The notes under the pieces: model-generated
Told to the model about the DNA's origin: nothing
The model's database searches: none
The model's input: only the letters and a program-made list of their open reading frames with translations
In this document: positions 60,331-64,000 of the stretch, piece after piece
Layout: the number at the start of each line of letters is the position of its first letter
Position numbering within the stretch: the first letter of the stretch is position 1
NCBI GenBank assembly: GCA_013239625.1
Contig: MU053934.1
Location: 4,854,399-4,918,398 of the forward strand
DNA length: 64,000 nucleotides
Direction of reading: 5' to 3'
From: Lama guanicoe
Lineage: Eukaryota
Made by a program: the position numbers and the translations under genes

Positions 60331-63300
60331 TGGATGATCTATCTAGCCTTTAAAAGAAACCTGACTGTGGAACAAGAGAAGTCTTAGAGGACGTTCTCAT
60401 TCAGTCCCTTCGTGATTTACACGAGAACCTGAGACTTCCAGAGATTAGGTGACTTGCCAGGATCACATAATGATTCAAGGGCAGAAGTAGGACTAGAACC
60501 CCAGATTCCTGAATTCTAAATTGATGCTCCTCTCACTAGGGGAATAAAAAAAGGAGTAAAGAGTGTGGTAGAACCAGCTGCACCAGGCACTTCTTTATTA
60601 ACAGTCGTTCTAACTGTTCATAACTGGGAAGCGGCTGGAGCTGACCTTGGGAGCAGGCCACGTGTCCCTGGGGCCGCCTATCGAGATGCAGGGCCATGTG
60701 CAGGAGGGCTGCCTTAAGTACACAGTTGGCCTGTGTATCTGTGTCTGTCCATCTTCTCCCAGGAAGGGGACTGAGGTAAATTTTTTTTCTTGGATTCATA
60801 TAAAGAACAGACAGCATTTATGGAAATTTTTCTGAAGTCCAGGAGAGCTTGTGGGAATTTGAAGGAGAACAGCAAGAAATTTGTCTTTTTATGTTTGAAC
60901 ACAAAGCACATAAATGGATACTCTGTAAACACTAAAGGGATTTTTTTCATGAGGGCGTCTCAACTTTCTCTGGGAGAGAATTTCTCTGAGTTCCACTGAA
61001 AAGGCAGAGGAGTACAGAATGAATTAATTTGGTTGGCTTGCCAGTTTCTCATTTTCTTTCAATTTAAACCTGAATGTCAAAAAGCTTTGTTCTCAAGTAT
61101 CTATCCAGCAGACTCCTGGATGGGAAGCCCAGTATTAAATTATGACACTGTACCCAGTTTCTTTATTGTACAATGCTTTACACCTGCTCTATACTTGATT
61201 AATGCAAAATAGGACCCTGAAATGTCAGTCATATTAAAGCTGGTTTGGTTATTCTTGATAGTTATCTTTAGGAAGAAGCTTATTCCCTGTGTAAGACATC
61301 AGACAGAAAATTTAAATGCAGGCTATCACCAAAATGCCTGAAGCAAGGAAAAGAAAAACAGCACACCTCCATGTTTTGAGCCTAAGGACAAAAGAGAAAC
61401 AGCTATGCTGCTGAAGGTACTGAAACTGTTTTTGCTAGTTTGGAGACGATGATGAAGTCATTTTTGAAAGGGAACTTCAGATTTAATTCTGAGTTGAGAC
61501 ACTTTGCCTACAGATAGGAACAGTCCGATACTGGTAACTGTTTTTCATTTTTCAGTAATTCCACTGCCTTGTTTCAGGTATATAATCACTGCAAATTACT
61601 TTATATTCTATTATATTGTGAATCTAACAATTGGTGTTATATTCCAGCAGAGCTATTGCTGTGATCAATTCTCCTGTTGGTCTGATACGTAGTATCCAAT
61701 TACAGCTACAAAGCAGAGAGCTGGCAAGCATGACAAAAGATGGATGCCAAAATACATCTTTCTGTAGTTTAAAATCGTGTAACCAAAGGGGCTTCTTGCT
61801 ACTTTAGTAATTATGTTAATCAAAGGAAATATGATCTGAAGATAATAAGGCCATTTTGCTAAAAGGCCACAGTTATAAATTATTAACATAGAGGGGTGAT
61901 TTGAATTGCTCTTTAATATATTAGTCTAAAGTAGACAAGCCATTAATTTAAAATGGATATTTAATGTGAAACTTAAATAACATATTTGACATGAAAATCT
62001 TAATTTGCCTTACAGTATAAAGCCACAAATAATCATATTAAATTAGTAAAGCTATAATCTCCCTATGATCTGTGTGTGTTAAGTGTGTGTATGCATGTGT
62101 ATGTGTGTGTATGTATGTGTGTGTGTATAAACATAGTTGTAGGTTCTGAGAATTTTTAAGTCATCTATCATTATATTTAACTGTAGTATATATTATATCC
62201 AAGTGTTAAAATAAGAAAACATATTTGGAAAATACAGCTATGAAATATGCCAAGTATATTTACTACTTCTTCTGATATAAATTAGATATAATGGTTTAAT
62301 TTCTCAGAAAAATGGAGATATGGACACATTTAAATGTGTTTTTCCTTAAAAAAATCTTTAAGTGGAACAGCTGAAGACCTTCAGGCCACAAAAATGGATC
62401 AGAATGGATTATAAAACAGGTAAGGGACACTCATTACTAAATTTTAAACCATAGTTATGGTTCCACCAATAATAAAAACTGTAATTTTCCTCAATAGATT
62501 ATCATTATCAAAACTGAAGCTGGAAGTGTCTTTGGTAGCGGTCATTATCTATCTTAATGTCTGTCTTAATTTAGGCTAGAGTTTAAGTGGAACCTGGTCT
62601 CTGGCATGCTAAGGTCTCCACGCGTTACAGAGCACACTCCAGGCTGACTGAGATGGGCAGGTGCCTGAAAGCACAAGTGTCTGTGATCATCCAACCAAAC
62701 CTTATAATGAAAATAAAACCCTACAGGTGACACTGTGAAGCTAAATTGGGTCAGAGGTTCAATTCTGACATGAATTAAACATACAAAATGTTTGAAGTGG
62801 TACCCCGCACACAGTAAAAGAATATAGTTACTGGGCATTGTTATTACGGAACAGACAGTCTGAAGAAGTGGCTCACAAGGGAGTCCCAGCCACAGCCCTG
62901 GCTGGAAGCAGACGGGAACCTGAGCATACCAGGCACTCTCCTGCCCCTCGCCCCCGACAGAACTTTCCGTATTCACAGACCACAAGCAGGACGCATGCCC
63001 TTCGTGCCCACTGGCTTTTGTATTTAAGGCCAAGAGAACTGGTGTGCCGTGGAAAGAGGATGAGGAGATGAACTACAATTCTCAAACACTCTCCCCATTA
63101 GATGTACAGACCAATAATAAACTTTTTTACCTCAATACTGAGTAAAACTCACGTCTAAGCTTGCAATACTGCAGCAAACCTTTAAATATCATTTAAATTG
63201 TGAATTCAAATGAAGTGCTATTTCTCATGAATGCTCTACTACTCAAAATAAGCAGACACAAAAACACTTCACCTATTAAAACTTCACATATTGTATATAT

Positions 63301-63394
63301 CCCTTTGGGAAACATCTTACTGAATACCCAAGATGACAGCTACCATTTCTCTTCCCTCCAGCAGAGGGGGATGGGATGGGCCATGTTCTTATAG

Positions 63395-63665
63395 TGCTCT
63401 GCTTATATATACATATATATATGTATATATATATATATATATAGATGTACAATATTATGTTAGTTTTAGGTGTACTATGTAGTGATTTGACATTTGCATA
63501 CATTATGAAATGATCACCATAAGTCTAGTAACCATCCATCTCCGTAGAAAGTTATTACAATATTATTGGCCATATTCCTTATGCTGTATATTACATCCCC
63601 ATGGAGTATTTATTTTATAACTGAAGGTTTGTACCTCTTAATCCCCCTCACCTATTTCACCCACA
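63395..63665 (-). mobile_element. Younger L1 3' end with a (TA)n-degenerated tail
   Basis: tacaatattatgttagttttaggtgtac...gaaatgatcacc...atgctgtatattacatcccc...gtttgtacctctta. Confidence 0.85.
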
Positions 63666-63919
63666 GCTTGTATTTTAATAAATGACTTAAAGAACTATAT
63701 TGTAAATTTATCTCTGTAATGTTTCATTTGCTCTTTTTATTCCAGCATCTTCCACATATTTTCACTCATTCATTTATGCAATAAATACATTGAGGATGGA
63801 CTATGTACTAGGCACTGACTGTGCCTGCAAATACAAAAAAATCAGCAGAATTAGACCAGCAAAGCCTTTAGACACTGTTAATTCACTGGAATTACAAAAC
63901 ACAGAAGATAAAATCACCA

Positions 63920-64000
63920 CAGATATATTTAATTTGTGTGCATATGTATGACTGAACTATTATGCTGTACATCAGAAACTGACACAACATAGTAAACTGA
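63920..64000 (+). mobile_element. L1 3' end fragment (runs off the window)
   Basis: atgtatgactgaactattatgctgtacatcagaaactgacacaacatagtaaactga. Confidence 0.75.

Noticed and set aside
1..64000. CRISPR arrays, operons, prophage, intact ERV or other novel multi-gene system
   Set aside because: I saw no regularly spaced repeats, no gene-dense cassette and no paired LTRs with internal gag/pol/env. The content is ordinary mammalian intergenic and intronic DNA.

Overview
Mammalian genomic DNA, most likely camelid, based on three copies of a tRNA-Ala(AGC)-derived SINE that matches my recollection of the camelid vic-1 type. The left ~33.5 kb is GC-rich and apparently intergenic. It contains old eutherian repeats (L2, MIR, L1M, MLT1/MLT2, MER) and several unique AT-rich patches that look like enhancers; none of its listed ORFs is credible. 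The right ~30 kb is AT-rich and holds the 3' end of an unidentified multi-exon protein-coding gene on the minus strand. Its exons are at 54078-53683 and 52937-52861, with probable small exons at 47397-47345 and 47149-47127. The terminal exon runs from 41548 to about 40300, with the stop at 40956-40958. One intron carries an antisense processed COX6A1 pseudogene inserted into a MER58 element. Repeat family names and boundaries come from by-eye recognition and are approximate. I found no convincing previously undescribed biological system; the best leads are listed as modest-interest findings.
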